A stretch of 64,000 nt of DNA from Octopus sinensis (taxonomy: Eukaryota), in assembly GCF_006345805.1 (NCBI RefSeq), contig NC_042999.1:147560001-147624000 (forward strand), read 5' to 3'. Below, in pieces: positions 25,150-38,611 of the stretch. Made by a program: the position numbers and the translations under genes. The notes under the pieces are model-generated. The model had not been told where the DNA came from, did not search any database, and saw nothing but the letters and a program-made list of their open reading frames with translations. Numbering within the stretch: the first letter of the stretch is position 1; each line of letters opens with the position of its first letter.

Positions 25150-26935
25150 ATGAGCTTTTATAGAACACCTATTCTATAGAAGCTCAACAAACAATTAAAG
25201 CTGGAGGAAGAGAAAGTGTTAAATGTTCTATAAATTTTCAATTCATGCATACGAACGGTAATATTAACACATTTAACACATAAGAACCATTGAAAAATCA
25301 ATCTATCAACCCTATATTACTTAATAAGGCACTTATATCCGCCAAGAATAGGACTAATTTAACAAAAACCAACGACAAGCCATCACCATTGAAAAGATTA
25401 CAACGCAGTGATCTTCCTACATCATCTTAGCAACCTTACCATAAACCTAACAACAATATCACATACATATATGCACAAAATAACCATCCTTATAATATTA
25501 TAAAAATCTAACCTCTAACATTGAATGTAGAATTAACTTATGCAATGAGGAAAAGTTTAAAAAGCACACAGACTACCATAATCGAGCACTTAAAAAGGCA
25601 GGATACAAATATCGAATTATGTACAACAAAAATAATAGCACCTATTCTAATTATTCCAATAATCATCTAGATAAGAAAAATACCGACCATATTACTGAAC
25701 CCACATCAACTGGTAAATTAGAAAACATGGACACACGATTAAATTCTCTCAATGATAATCATCAGTAAAACATTAGCAACAGACACAAATCTTACAACAA
25801 CAATAAACGGGATAATAATAAAAACTATAAATAGGTGCAGGAGTGGCTGTGTGGTGAGTAGCCTGTCTACCAACCACATGGTTCCGGGCTCAGTCCCACT
25901 GCGTGGCACCTTGGGCAAGTGTCTTCTACTATAGCCTCGGGCCGACCAAAGCCTTGTGAGTGGATTTGGTAGACGGAAACTGAAAGAAGCCCGTCGTATA
26001 TATGTATATATATATATATATGTGTATGCGTGTGTGTGTTTGTGTGTCTGTGTTTGTCCCCCTAGCATTGCTTGACAACCGATGCTGGTGTGTTTATGTC
26101 CCCGTCACTTAGCGGTTCGGCAAAAGAGACCGATAGAATAAGTACTAGGCTTACAAAAGAATAAGTTGCGGGGTCGAGTTGCTCGATTAAAGGCGGTGCT
26201 CCAGCATAGCCCCAGTCAAATGACTGAAGCAAGTAAAAAAGTAAAGAGTAAAAGAATATGAGCACCATAACTATAACCTCACTAATAGACACGAATAACA
26301 CTAATTTTGCCAAGTCAACAAATCACCAATTACACTGTTAACAATAAATGCTGAAAACAAATAACTCTAGATAGAAATAGGAACAAGAAACCTACACACT
26401 TAAAAAATCAAACTTATCTCACTACATCTCATCATTCTAATAATTCCCATAACCGCATAATTCATAATAATAAAGTTAGGAATAATGTAGAAAGAAAAAG
26501 AAACCTATACCATATGTAAGAATAGATGGCCCACAAAATATAAGCCACTACGATAATAAAGAAAAGAACAATAATATTATTTGGATCATAATTCTTTTTA
26601 CAAAACACCTAAAATCTAATTTTGTTTAATCCATTACAAACATTATTAAAAAACACTTTAAAAACTCTAAATATGCAAAAATATTTGATAACAAAATGAT
26701 CAGATTTGGATTTCTAATTGTAATTGTAGAAACCCGAAGACTTGCGATTAGTAGGTAACTGTAAAATGAAAGATGTAACATACCAAACAACAATTATTAC
26801 TCATAATCTCTCTAAATTTACTTACATCGGATGTACACAATATTCCTTCAAATTAAGTTTAAATAATCATAGCTCATCCTTTGATAACCCTAGAAAGGAA
26901 AACAGCACAGGTCTATCTAAAAAGGTGGGGTAGTA
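25150..26935 (+). mobile_element. Decayed Penelope-like element (RT thumb, linker, GIY-YIG) interrupted by a SINE
   Basis: PYHKPNNNITYI..NNHP..., ALKKAGYKY, KRNNNIIW..., CNCRNPKTC.LVGNCKMKDVTYQ...YIGCTQYSFKLSLNNHSSSF..STGLSK (ORF 26742-26933). Confidence 0.85.
25833..26257 (+). mobile_element. SINE family B, full length
   Basis: GTGGCTGTGTGG A-box, GGGCTCAGTCCC B-box, CCTTGGGCAAGTG core-like motif, internal (TA/TG)n, tail (GTAAAAGA)n. Confidence 0.9.
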
Positions 26936-27148
26936 CAGTGCAAGTTAAATTCCACTGAAAATTATTCATCTGCACAGGTACTTTCTCTACTCCAAATCTT
27001 TTAAAATGTATGTATGTATTTATGTATGTATGCATACATGTATGTATACATGCATAGAAACAAATGTATGAAATCATAAAAAAAGCAAATGTTATGCAAT
27101 GAACTACATTAGCTTACAGCTGTTTCCAAAATAAAATGCACTTCCTAT

Positions 27149-27236
27149 CCAAGGCTCTGATGAAGCTATCGGACTTTATCCTGTACTCAACTAAGAGTAC
27201 ACCACATCTTATAGCAGAAATAGCTATAAGCTAAGG
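27149..27236 (+). ncRNA. Type I hammerhead ribozyme with branched stem II (HHR-4)
   Basis: CCAAGGCU-CUGAUGA-A GCUAU [GGA/UCC and GUACUC/GAGUAC hairpins] AUAGC A-GAAA-UAGCUA-UA-AGCUAAGG; A.A at 10.1/11.1; AUA triplet. Confidence 0.65.
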
Positions 27237-27409
27237 AATTGCATTATATAACATATGCCATTTCTGGAGTCATCTCTTTGTTCCTGTTAACCCTTTATAA
27301 ACATATATGATTGGGTTCTGTATGACCATACGTATATTGAGTTTTACACAAGCTTATTAATCTCGCTATTGCCGAGGGAAATATTAAATAATATATACGC
27401 CTATATATA

Positions 27410-27447
<38 letters not shown>

Positions 27448-27450
<3 letters not shown>

Positions 27451-27843
27451 GATAATATCAAAGTGAGTTATATACAGTAGCAGTAACACATCGTGACGTA
27501 TTTTTGCCATTTCAATATGGCTAACCCCTAAGGGTGGATGCTACTGTAGTTTTTAGCCCCAGGAGGACACACTCCTCCAGCTGGCCATAGACACACTATC
27601 TGTGTCCTGTCAGTATTTGCAAAGGGAAGTCATCCTTCCGTCTTCAACTTATGATACACACGGACTCGAGTTTCGAGGTATTGACCTCTCGTCAGCGTGT
27701 GACAATCATAGTTGTCGCCGAGAATTAGATTTCCTTCACAAATACTTATACTTTTTCCAGCGTCCACTGTCGCTGATATTGAAAAAGTGAAATCAAACAA
27801 TGATAAATATCAAAGTGAGTTATATACAGTAGCAGTAACACAT
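27448..27843 (-). mobile_element. About 352-bp terminally redundant non-autonomous element carrying a hammerhead (retrozyme/pLTR-like)
   Basis: 44-45-nt direct repeat AATGATAA(A)TATCAAAGTGAGTTATATACAGTAGCAGTAACACAT at 27448-27491 and 27799-27843; bounded by (TA)n and (GATA)n; no ORF. Confidence 0.75.
27657..27701 (-). ncRNA. Minimal type I hammerhead ribozyme (HHR-5)
   Basis: CACACG-CUGACGA-GAGG UCAAUA CCUC-GAAA-CUCGAG-UC-CGUGUG: fully canonical core, palindromic helix III, GUC triplet. Confidence 0.92.
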
Positions 27844-27844
27844 A

Positions 27845-28390
<546 letters not shown>

Positions 28391-30996
28391 CGTAAGTAGA
28401 TAGATTTACTACATAAAACACACCAACTGCGTACCGGTACATCCATCTATCTATACATGCATAAATATATACATACACACAAACACACACACTCACATAC
28501 ATACACACATATACATATACACACATACACATATACGTACATACTGATATTCATAAATATACATACATGTATGCGTACACACATACATACACACATACAT
28601 TCATCGTTACATACGGAGATACATGCAAATATACACACACACATACAATCATATATATATATATATATGTATGCCAAGGGCGTACCGCTTAGGTAAGCAA
28701 AGTAGGCAGTGCCTACCTTGAATAAAATAGATGACACCAACATGGCACCTAATTCAATAAAATTATAAAGATTGGTCTGATTACTATACATAAAAGGCAA
28801 AATGTTTTATATTTTTGTAGAAAAGGAGGCATAATTCGCCCCTGTTTTTCAATTTCGGTTTTAAAGCTACGAATAGTGCTGCTGTAGTACACGTGCTGGG
28901 TACATTTCTACAACACCGTTTTTTTTACGTGCTATAAAGGCAGATATAGATCTGCCTTCAACTTAGTCACGCGACTGTGTTTCACTTAGTTTTTGTGTTT
29001 TACTACATAAAGCACATCAACTGCCTACCCTGAGTAATTACTGACGGCACATACCGGATACATGCATATATACATACGTGCATAAATGCATGCATACATA
29101 TATAATACATATATACAGACGTACATACATACATACATACATACATACATACATACATACATACATGCATACATGCATACATACATACATACATACATAC
29201 ATACATACATACATACATACATACATACATACATACATACGTATGTACGTACGTACGCACGTACTTACTTATGTACATAGATGTTGACTGTACAGGATTT
29301 AGAGCAATGCCATTGTCTAATTTTTCTGCTATACATGAGCAATAATGATGTGATTTTTCTGTCCTTTTCCCAGGGAACTTTATACTTCTGCATAGATGAG
29401 AAAACAATGGACGCCAGATAAATCCTTAATTGATTGAAAATAATTTCATTTTAAAATGCATGAACCCAGTTACGATTGACATCATATGGAAAGTGCAGAT
29501 AACCTCAAGAATCAAGAATTGACCGCAATTTAAGTGCCTGAAAATAAAGTCAATTTGACTGTGAGCAAACAAGAGCACAGTTACAAACGCGAGCTACTAT
29601 CCCAATAGTCGTCCGTCATCAGCAAAGTGGCTAGGCTGCCTTGAATCCAGCAGAGTAGATGATCATTCACAATTTCAAGTAATTTGCATAATTTCTACAA
29701 AAATGAACTAAAAGAAATATATGTATGTGTGTATACAAATACGTAGGCGTGTGCATGTGTGCAACTTATTTAGCATGCGTGTTCGAGTGAGTGTGTGCTT
29801 ACATATAATTATAGAGAGAGAGGAAGAGAGAGACGGAGAAGGAGAAATAGTGAAATAAAGAGACAGACAGACATTTCATTTCTCATTCTTTCACTATACT
29901 ATGGTAGTATATATTATCTGTCAGTTCTCATTTAGAACTTTCTTAGAATATCTGGACACTACCTTATTGATTTAAACTTAAAACATCGCTTTATATTAGA
30001 ATTATTTTCAGTAAAATTGTATTGAATATTCAAATAGATATTCTGGTAACATTCCGAAACGCATCTACTTCCTACAACGATGAAGAACATTACATAAATC
30101 ACACAAGCGAATTCAAGTTTTATAAGTTTACGGCATTGTTTATACAGCGACAGTTGAATACGTGCTAAATTCCAGTTAAACGTATAATTTCTTCTGACTT
30201 TAGTGCAACGCTTAGAAGACACATTTGAATATTCAGGGGAATTTATACTGGGTTTGATGATAATGAAGTATGATGTTTAGCATTTGGAATCAATAAATTA
30301 CTGCAGAGGGTTTTTGGGAAATATTGCTCTTAAACAATTCCACGTATATATGTTTGTGTGCGTATGTATGCATGTATGTATGTGTATTTCGCATGTAATT
30401 TAAGCTGTTTATACACATATACATAACCCACACACACGCTCACACAAGCAAGGTAGATATTCAGACGTGTCCGCGTAAGTTTGTATGTGTATGTATGTGT
30501 GCGTGCGCACGCGCGTGTGTGAGTGTGTGTGTCAGTGTGTGTGTGCGCGCGCGCATGTGTGTAGGGACATCCTACTTTGGGTGGAATATTCCTGACTTCT
30601 AATTTTCAGGTATACTTTTCATGTAGAACTTTTTTTCTCTACTTACCTCAAAATTTATCACGTTTTCTTGCGAGAATTATATCCCCAAATTCAAGCACTT
30701 CTAATTAATCTTTACTCTATACCAGTGTTTTCCAAAGTGTGAGGCACTGCACCCATGGGAGAGATGGATTGATTCAGTGAGAGTCAGTGAAGAGATGTAG
30801 GATGATAAGATAGTAATGGAGTGGCCAAAATGATGTAAAAACCACCAAATAATGTTATGGTACTACCAGTTCAAATATACTTGAGGCTCGTTTGGACTAA
30901 TAATGAAACCATTCACTGTTTTATCAGTGAATTTCGCACTGTTGACAATGGTGTATATACACCTAGTTCAGTTTCCACTGGCCCTCCGCCCGGTGT

Positions 30997-31043
30997 CTGT
31001 GACTGAAGAGAAGATAACTACTCTGAAATGCTGCATCTCACAG
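30997..31043 (+). ncRNA. Hammerhead HHR-2c, diverged member of the 4123 family
   Basis: CUGUGA-CUGAAGA-GAAG AUAACUA CUCU-GAAA-UGC U GCA-UC-UCACAG; compensatory C-G replaces U-A in stem I; stem II weakened. Confidence 0.65.
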
Positions 31044-31065
31044 TCTGGTCTAAGTGTGTTTACGC

Positions 31066-31299
31066 TATTCTTTTACTCTTTTATTCATTTATTTGTTTCA
31101 GTCATTTGACTGCGGCCATGCTGGAGCACCGTCTTTAGTGGAGCAAATCGACCTCAAAACTTATTCTTTAAAAGCCTAATACTTATTCTATCGTTTGCCG
31201 AACCGCTGGGTTACGGCAACGTAAACACACCAGCAACGGTTGTCAAGCGATGGTGGGGGTACAAACACAGACACACAGACACAAACATACATACATACA

Positions 31300-31333
<34 letters not shown>

Positions 31334-31576
31334 CATACATACATACATACATACATACATACATACATACATACATACATACATACGTATATATATATAG
31401 ATAAGAAAGTTGGTTTACGACGGGCTTCTTTGAGTTTCCCTCTACCAAATCCACTCACACGGCTTTGGTTGGCCCGAGGCTATTTAGAGACACTTGGCCA
31501 AAGTACAATGCAGTGGGACTGAACCTGGAACCATATAGTTGGTAAGCAAGTTACTTACCACACAGCCACACCTGCG
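31066..31576 (-). mobile_element. SINE family B, full length with expanded internal (TACA)n
   Basis: Reverse complement of the 25833-type element. Confidence 0.9.
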
Positions 31577-32084
31577 TCAATAGCGAGAAATTTTCACCAT
31601 GACAAAACAGTGCCACCAGCATGTTTGAACATTGCATTTATACCTATCACTGCTCAACGCTCCTACATCGTAACAAAATAATGAATTAATTGGGTTAAGT
31701 TTTATTTCTGAAATATAGTTGTTTTGAATTTGCTGCAGAAAGCGGTTTATGTTTACGGTGGTGAGTGGGTAGATGTTAGGAATATGAGCCAAGGGAGCGG
31801 CAGCTTCAAAACGTTTAGAAACCACTGCTCTGTAATCTACTTATATTTATATCATTAGATAATGGACCAAATGGTTTATACCCGGTAGTAAGCTACCAGG
31901 GTAAAGCATGATGACTTCCACAGTATTCGTTCACGGTTATATTTAATGCTTTTTCCGTTGTATTGTGTCCATTTCTTTTTGCATCTGATATTTTAGCATT
32001 CCTTTTCTATATAAATGAATCTCTATCCTTTAATTTGCTGCTTTACTTTACGTGGACTTAGAAGATACATTGCTGAGCTGTTAT

Positions 32085-32240
32085 TTTAACGTGTTATGTC
32101 TATTTATCACTCGAAGAGACACATTTGCACCGGTGGTTGCTCTTGAACCAGTTGTCAAGTATCTCACCCGTGAGGGATCAATGCCAGATGGGTCGGAACA
32201 ATTGTAGTGATTAATAAAAATTCGCATATTTTCCATCTTC
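32085..32240 (+). repeat. Second copy of the 21140 family, with a variant hammerhead at 32106-32211
   Basis: AUCAC-UCGAAGA-GACACAUUU..AGAUGGGUC-GGAA-CAAUUG-UA-GUGAU. Confidence 0.6.
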
Positions 32241-32369
32241 CGTCTCTCATTAACCACACACATACACACACACACACACATACCCACACATACACACACA
32301 CACACATACACACACCACACACACACACACACACACATGTATATATATATACATATAGTCACCATGATA

Positions 32370-32555
32370 GATCGGTAGCCACTACACACATTTTTTTCTC
32401 TTCTTGTTTTTTTTCTCTGTGTCCCTTTCTGTAGAAGAGCGTATGCTCGAAGCGTAAAATACTTTTTCTATACCTGAGCGTTATACTAATACATCTGTTT
32501 GTTTTGTACACCACCTGTCTTCGTCTTTTGTTATTTTTTTTCGTGAACTCTCCTA
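32370..32555 (+). repeat. Interspersed repeat with a degenerate hammerhead-like motif at 32425-32460
   Basis: CUUU-CUGUAGA-A-GAGC GUAU GCUC-GAAG-CG-UA-AAAU; flanked by CA/TA repeats. Confidence 0.45.
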
Positions 32556-32744
32556 TATATATATATATCTACTTCTGGTGGATGATGTTTCTCCCCCATG
32601 CAGGCGACGACACTCCAACGCATAGGTTTGTGTGGGTAGTCGGTGCTAGTGAAGGCTTTGTGAGGTCGGAGGATAAATCTCATCTTCTCCTTTCTTAGTC
32701 ACCTTTTATGACGCGCAGAGGCAACGTTGGGTTTATCCTTCGAC

Positions 32745-32885
32745 ACACCATTCTCCACACAACATAAGAGCAACGTGAAATGATGTATTTTTTACTCAAG
32801 ACCATAACACGCCACTCGGTCAGGAAATTGAACACACGATCTGACGATCATGTGTGCTACACCCTAACAACTAGTCCACTAGTGA
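32745..32885 (-). mobile_element. SINE (head 2-like), degenerate
   Basis: Minus strand GGACTAGTTGTTAGGGTG...GTGTTCAATTTCC...TCTTGAGTAAAA..CATTTCACGTTG, like the 7153 element. Confidence 0.6.
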
Positions 32886-33582
32886 AATGTTTGAAGAAAA
32901 TTTCTTCCGATAGTTCAAATCAGACACATTACTATAGCACATTTCTATAGCTCTGATTACATAATCAGTCTTTTTGCACTCTCAACGATTAGATAACTCG
33001 CTGAGCTAAACAATATTTGTACTACCTAGCTTTATGCGTCCATCAAGTGTATACCTTCTAGAATGTATTTAAGACACCCAATATATTGTAGTCCACGTGT
33101 ATATTAATATGAAGGTAATTCCATTAGCTTTCTAAGATAGTTATTAGTTCTCGTGATATATAAAGTGACCCTTCTTGTCTTCGTCCTCCCTGGTCGATTT
33201 ATATATCAATCACTAGTCATATCATCAGATATTGCATATTGCGTGGCTAGACGATTAATTCTCTTCAGTTCAACAGCGGGACTGATGAAGTGCATAGTAA
33301 CTGTAACAACTAGATGCCCTTTCCACTTTCAGTGATTAAATTTCTGGTTGAGATGAAGCAAAATTGCTTTGGTTAGATTACATTGGTTGTGTGTGCGTAA
33401 CAGAATACAAATTCGTACATTAGTACATAAGTGGGAGGGAAGGAATAAAGAGGAAAAGGTATATGATAAATATATATCCATTTATCTCTTCCCTCCAATC
33501 ACTCTCCCAATCCCGTATTATCTATCTATTATCTATCTATTACCTACCTACCTAACTATCTATCTATTACCTACCTACCTAA

Positions 33583-33630
<48 letters not shown>

Positions 33631-33933
33631 GAACTATCTACTTCTAACTATATACCTGAGTGTGTCTCTGCATGTAGATGTATTAGTGATATGCTTATTT
33701 TATGTTATGATGCATAGAAAAACCGTAGGAATAATGTATAGACTGATCTAGAAAAATGTAACGGTAACAAAATGTTTGGATAGGAATAAAACTATAAACT
33801 GCGTAGTCTGTATTCCTTTGTTATCTGCTCCCTCATTTGTCCCTTTTGTGTATTTAAATAGATAAAGACACACATGCAAGAACTGTGATGGTACTGCAGT
33901 GTGAAAGACTGAGTTTTCTGCATTTGGTCATCA

Positions 33934-34525
33934 ATATATGAAATTTGACTGAGTTCAAATTCCGCCGAGGTCGACTGTGCCTTTCATCCTTTCGGGGTCG
34001 ATAAATTAAATATTAGGGTCAATCTAATCGGACTGGCCCCCTCCCCAAACTTGGGACCTTGTGCCTAGAGTAAAAAAGAATATATGAAATTTGAAATGGG
34101 GCGAGCTCGCAGAAACGTTAGTGCGCCGTGCAAAATGCTTAGCGGCATTTCGTCCGTCTTTACAATTCCGCGTTCAAATTCTGCCGAGACCGACTTTGCC
34201 TTTCATCCTTTCGGGGTCGATAAATTAAATACTGGGGTCAATCTAATCGGACAGGCCCCCTCTCCAAATTTCGGGCTTTGTGCCTAGAGTAGAAAAGAAT
34301 ATATGACATTTGAATTGGGGCGAGTTCGCAGAAACATTAGTGCGCCGTGCAAAATGCTTAGCGGCATTTCGTCCGACTTTACAATTCCGCGTTCAAATTT
34401 TACCGAGACCGACTTTGCCTTTCATCCTTTCGGGGTCGATAATAAATACCAGTTAAACACTGGGATCGATGTAATCGACTTGCTCCTTCCGTCGAAATTG
34501 TGGCCTTGTGCCCAATTTTGAAACC
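33934..34525 (+). mobile_element. Tandem array of SINE-like family C (one partial unit plus two about 219-bp units)
   Basis: Repeated GTTCAAATT.CGCCGAG.TCGACTTTGCCTTTCATCCTTTCGGGGTCGATAA; shared spacer ATATATGA.ATTTGA at 33934, 34080 and 34299. Confidence 0.85.
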
Positions 34526-34830
34526 AATATATGTAATTCGAAGAAGAATAGAATCTAAATGGGGACAGTGAGGGGACTAGATAGAAGATATATATAAAAA
34601 AATCTGAAAATGTATAGAAATCAATCACAATCTATCGCTATAGCACTTATAATCTAAGGAAAGATAGTCAGCTAGTGACTTCTTCTCCTGATATGCATTT
34701 CAATATAAATAATCGAGGAATTTAATATTCACGGGTACATATAATAAAATATGTACCTATCTGAATCTGTATTTTCCCATATAATTGACCTAACTTAATC
34801 TGCCTTTTCCCATATAATTATATTTCTAAA

Positions 34831-35153
34831 TGGCATTCCGTCAGTAACGACGATGTGGCTTCCAGTTGACCCGATCGATAGAACAGCCTGCTTGTGAAAT
34901 CAAAGCGCAAGCGGTTGCCCACTCCACAGATACACGTACCCGTAATGTGGTCATCGTGGAGATTCAGCATGGCATAGAATATTATAAGGAAGGCTCTTTG
35001 AAATACAGGTACGACTCATTTTTGCCTCCTGACTGGACTGGAGCAACGATAAATAAATTGGTTTGCTTAAGGACGCAAAGTGCCGCCGGGAATCGAACTC
35101 ACGATCTTCCGATTGTGAGCCGAATGCCCTAATCATTAAGCCACGCACCTTCA
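34831..35153 (-). mobile_element. SINE (head 2 + tail a)
   Basis: Head GAAGGTGCGTGGCTTAATGATTAGGGC..GAGTTCGATTCCC; 3' 150 nt homologous to 460-611. Confidence 0.8.
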
Positions 35154-38099
35154 CAAATTTATTCTACCTGCTTTAACACAGCAATGAGAGCTATGACAAT
35201 ATTCAAACATTAACTATTACATATGTTATTACGTCCGGCGTTTTTAGTTGTACATAGAATTATGTGACAAATGCTTTGAGCTTTAAGTGTCTTGACGTCT
35301 AGTGAAATATTCGCCACCAAATCTACCACATGCTGAATCGGTCAGCAATAATTAGTGCATATATTAGCGTTATGTGAGATGATAAGGCATGAATAAAGCA
35401 TGATGAGATGACAGATCTAATGGTAGTTGAAGATTTTGCTGGAAGCAGCGCTGCAGGAAATAAGACTTTGTAATTTTCCTTCGGTTTATGAAATTTATAA
35501 TTGCATAAGCTACTGTATATGCTGTATGCTGTCAATAAGATCATTATTAATCAGCTGTTTATATTGCAAGTATTTCCTTAGGCGTATCTGAACTAACTGA
35601 ATAACTAATTCATCACTAGGTTATGATTTCCCCAACAATCTTTAAATATTTTCTCTCTTTTCGGACAAATAAATTCATGCGCCTAGCAAATATTTATAAT
35701 CATATATATTAAATATATATGTAGAACATTCTCCGAAATTGATTTTTCTTCCATTTTTAGGTTACTGCATGAAGTAAGTCAATGAAATTTGTAAATTATT
35801 GCTTTATAAAAGTGATAAGAAATTTATGTGATGGTGGTCATCCTCAATCCGTCAAAACTTTTTCATACTTTTGGTTTGCTGTGTATTTCACCTTATACCC
35901 AGAATCATGTCTGTGAAAACTTGCAAATAATATGGCTAGGAATCTATTAATAGCAGACTAAGGTGAATCTACAACAATACACAAATCAAATAATTTGAGT
36001 TCATGAAGTAGAGAAAACTTTGAATGTTTTGGGGTCTACTTACACTCTAGCGGAATTACTATCTGTTATTTATTTCTTCACAGCAAAGAGATTTAGTCAG
36101 TGTTTCATGTAACTATACTCAATAATATATGGCACAGATATTCTCTAGTTTAGTATATTAACATGTCTAAATTGGAGTTACTACTCTTTATGCATGAAAT
36201 AGATATTATGTACTGATCTAAAATAATTTAGAAAATTTATATTTCATTAACTTGAGGCTGACATAAAATTGTTTACTATTATCGGTACGTCGGAAAGCTG
36301 TCGTGTAGTAGAGCATGGTGACGGAATATCTCTTAATGTTAATGTTGATATATTTATATTCATTAATAGAAGAGAGGAAATGGTACGTTATTTTCCTGGG
36401 ACCGATAAAATAATGAAGTCTTTCACAACAAAGGCACACCATCATGGAAAATATCAAAACCGAATATACTCTATCAGTTTTAAATTTTACACGTTTACCC
36501 GCCTCATGCTAGATGCCCTTGACCTGCGGTTCAAATTCCTTATAAATAAATTCGGGGTTAAATTAATAAAGATATTAAGTAACACTTTACAATATTAAAC
36601 TTAAATATATTACTGCCATACTGCCAAAATTTTATGCGAATGCTTCGCAATCCCTTGTATATTCATATATAATACTATGTATACGGTGAAGCGTTGCAAT
36701 ATCATGACAATAAAACGTTGTTCCATATACCATTTTCAGAATGGAATAGTCGAAGCAAAATAAACATACTACGTTTATATATAATTATATAAAGAAAATA
36801 CTCTGCAGTATCAATATTTCGGGTTTATAAAGAACTTAATATAATCATGTATAGTACGTTATAGGTTACAGTTTAAGATTAAGATACACAGATTGCAACT
36901 AATAGGTTAGTGATTTACAAGCAAACATTATTAGCATGAAGTAAGCTATATGGAATAACAATAGATATGAAACATTAAAATAAGGAGAAACAGTTATCTC
37001 AAACTACTATGGAATATACACTTGGAATGTAGAATCTATTATAATTATTGATGTTAATATCGTACCAGCTACAGACACGTTTTAGGAATTACGTAGCTCA
37101 TCAGATATAGGTATATCGTTTTTCTAAAATTATTTTATATTATAGTATTAATACATATGAAAGACAATTGAAACAGAAATGAATTATCGCTAAAAGCTCT
37201 TACAGACAAACAGAAAAATGAAACAAATTCAATGGAACAGAAGTGAAATATGGAAGAAAATTTAAATATTTAAGAAACAAGGATGGACACCGAGGTTGCG
37301 AAAATGTATTATAAAATCGGTTAAATTAGTCTATAAATTTCATCAACTTATCAAATAATGCTTTTTCAAATGATACTTGTTTAGAGCTTATACAATTTTG
37401 TTTAGGTAAAAGTGTTTTAAATGAGATGAAACGTTACCAAAATCACTGTATAAAACAACGAAATTAGTTTAATAAGTGTTTCTTGGCTATATAAAATGAA
37501 TTTCGTCAATTAAATACTTAAATCCTGGGAATCAATATTTATTTAGACGTATGGTAACTTATTTGAGAATAATATATAAGAGATAAGAATTAAATAAAAC
37601 GAAAGATATTTTGTTAATTAAAATTTAGATAAAATTAATTGAGAAAGGTGAATATAATTTAGGATTTTACGGAGTGAAAACAAACTTTTTAAGAAAGTCG
37701 TGGTGACATATTTTCCCAAGAAAATATATATGACTAGAATAATTGAAAATCCTAGATGTGACAGAACAATGAATAAATAGGAAATGAAAATAGTTTTTTT
37801 TTAAATAAAAACCGTTAATTACATATAATATCGATTTCTACAAATAATACGTACTTATATAATATAAACATACATGTATTTAACTACACACACAGAATGA
37901 AAATGTGACATGGAATAACGAATGGGAAGAGAAAAAAGATATAATTCATCTGAAGTAAAATTTAGTATTATAATAAATAGATAAATGATAGATAAGAAAA
38001 CAATACAAATGACAATGTGATACTGCAGACAATATCTACAGAAACTAAATCATGGATTACACACACATCTATGTAGGAACACATAGTAGGTGTGACAGA

Positions 38100-38535
38100 G
38101 ACGTAGGTTCGTTTGTCTTGTAAGAAGGTTGCTTCACAACAAGGTTCCGTGTTCAGTCCCACTGCTAGTCACCTTTTATAATGGCCCAAGCTGAGCAAAG
38201 CCGAGCCAGTGGATTTCGTAGACGCAAACTGAAAGAAGCATGTCGATATACGTGCATTTATGTGTGTGTGCGCGTGTTTGTGTGTGTGTAAAAAAGCATT
38301 TGTGTGTCTTTGATTGTGCTTTTTTTTAGTAATGTTTGCCTCCACCACCGCTTTACAACCGTTGTTGACCTGTTGGGATCCCCGTAACTTACCTGTGCGG
38401 CAAATGAACTGAGAGAATAAGAACAATGCTTGAAAAAAAGTACTGGGCTCGAGTCGTTAGACTAAGACCCTTCGAGACGGTTGCCCAGCATAGCTGCAGC
38501 AAAGTGACTGAAACGATAAAAATGGAAGATAAAAG
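38100..38535 (+). mobile_element. SINE family B, old degenerate copy
   Basis: GTTCAGTCCCACTG, AACTGAAAGAAG and CCAGCAT.GCTGCAG..AA.TGACTGAAAC motifs. Confidence 0.7.
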
Positions 38536-38611
38536 ACACATATAAATATTGACACATACACACACACACACATATATATGTATATATATGTATATAGTGC
38601 ATGTATGTATG

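Larger units (their letters stand above)
30723..31827. mobile_element. hAT (Charlie-like) non-autonomous DNA transposon with nested insertions
   Basis: TIRs CAGTGTTTTCCAAA / TTTAGAAACCACTG; flanking 8-mers CTCTATAC and CTCTGTAA (6/8 identical, resembling NTCTAGAN targets). Confidence 0.65.

Noticed and set aside
28667-29058. Possible MITE with GTAGGCAGT / ACTGCCTAC inverted motifs
   Set aside because: Inverted match too short; no clear termini or TSD
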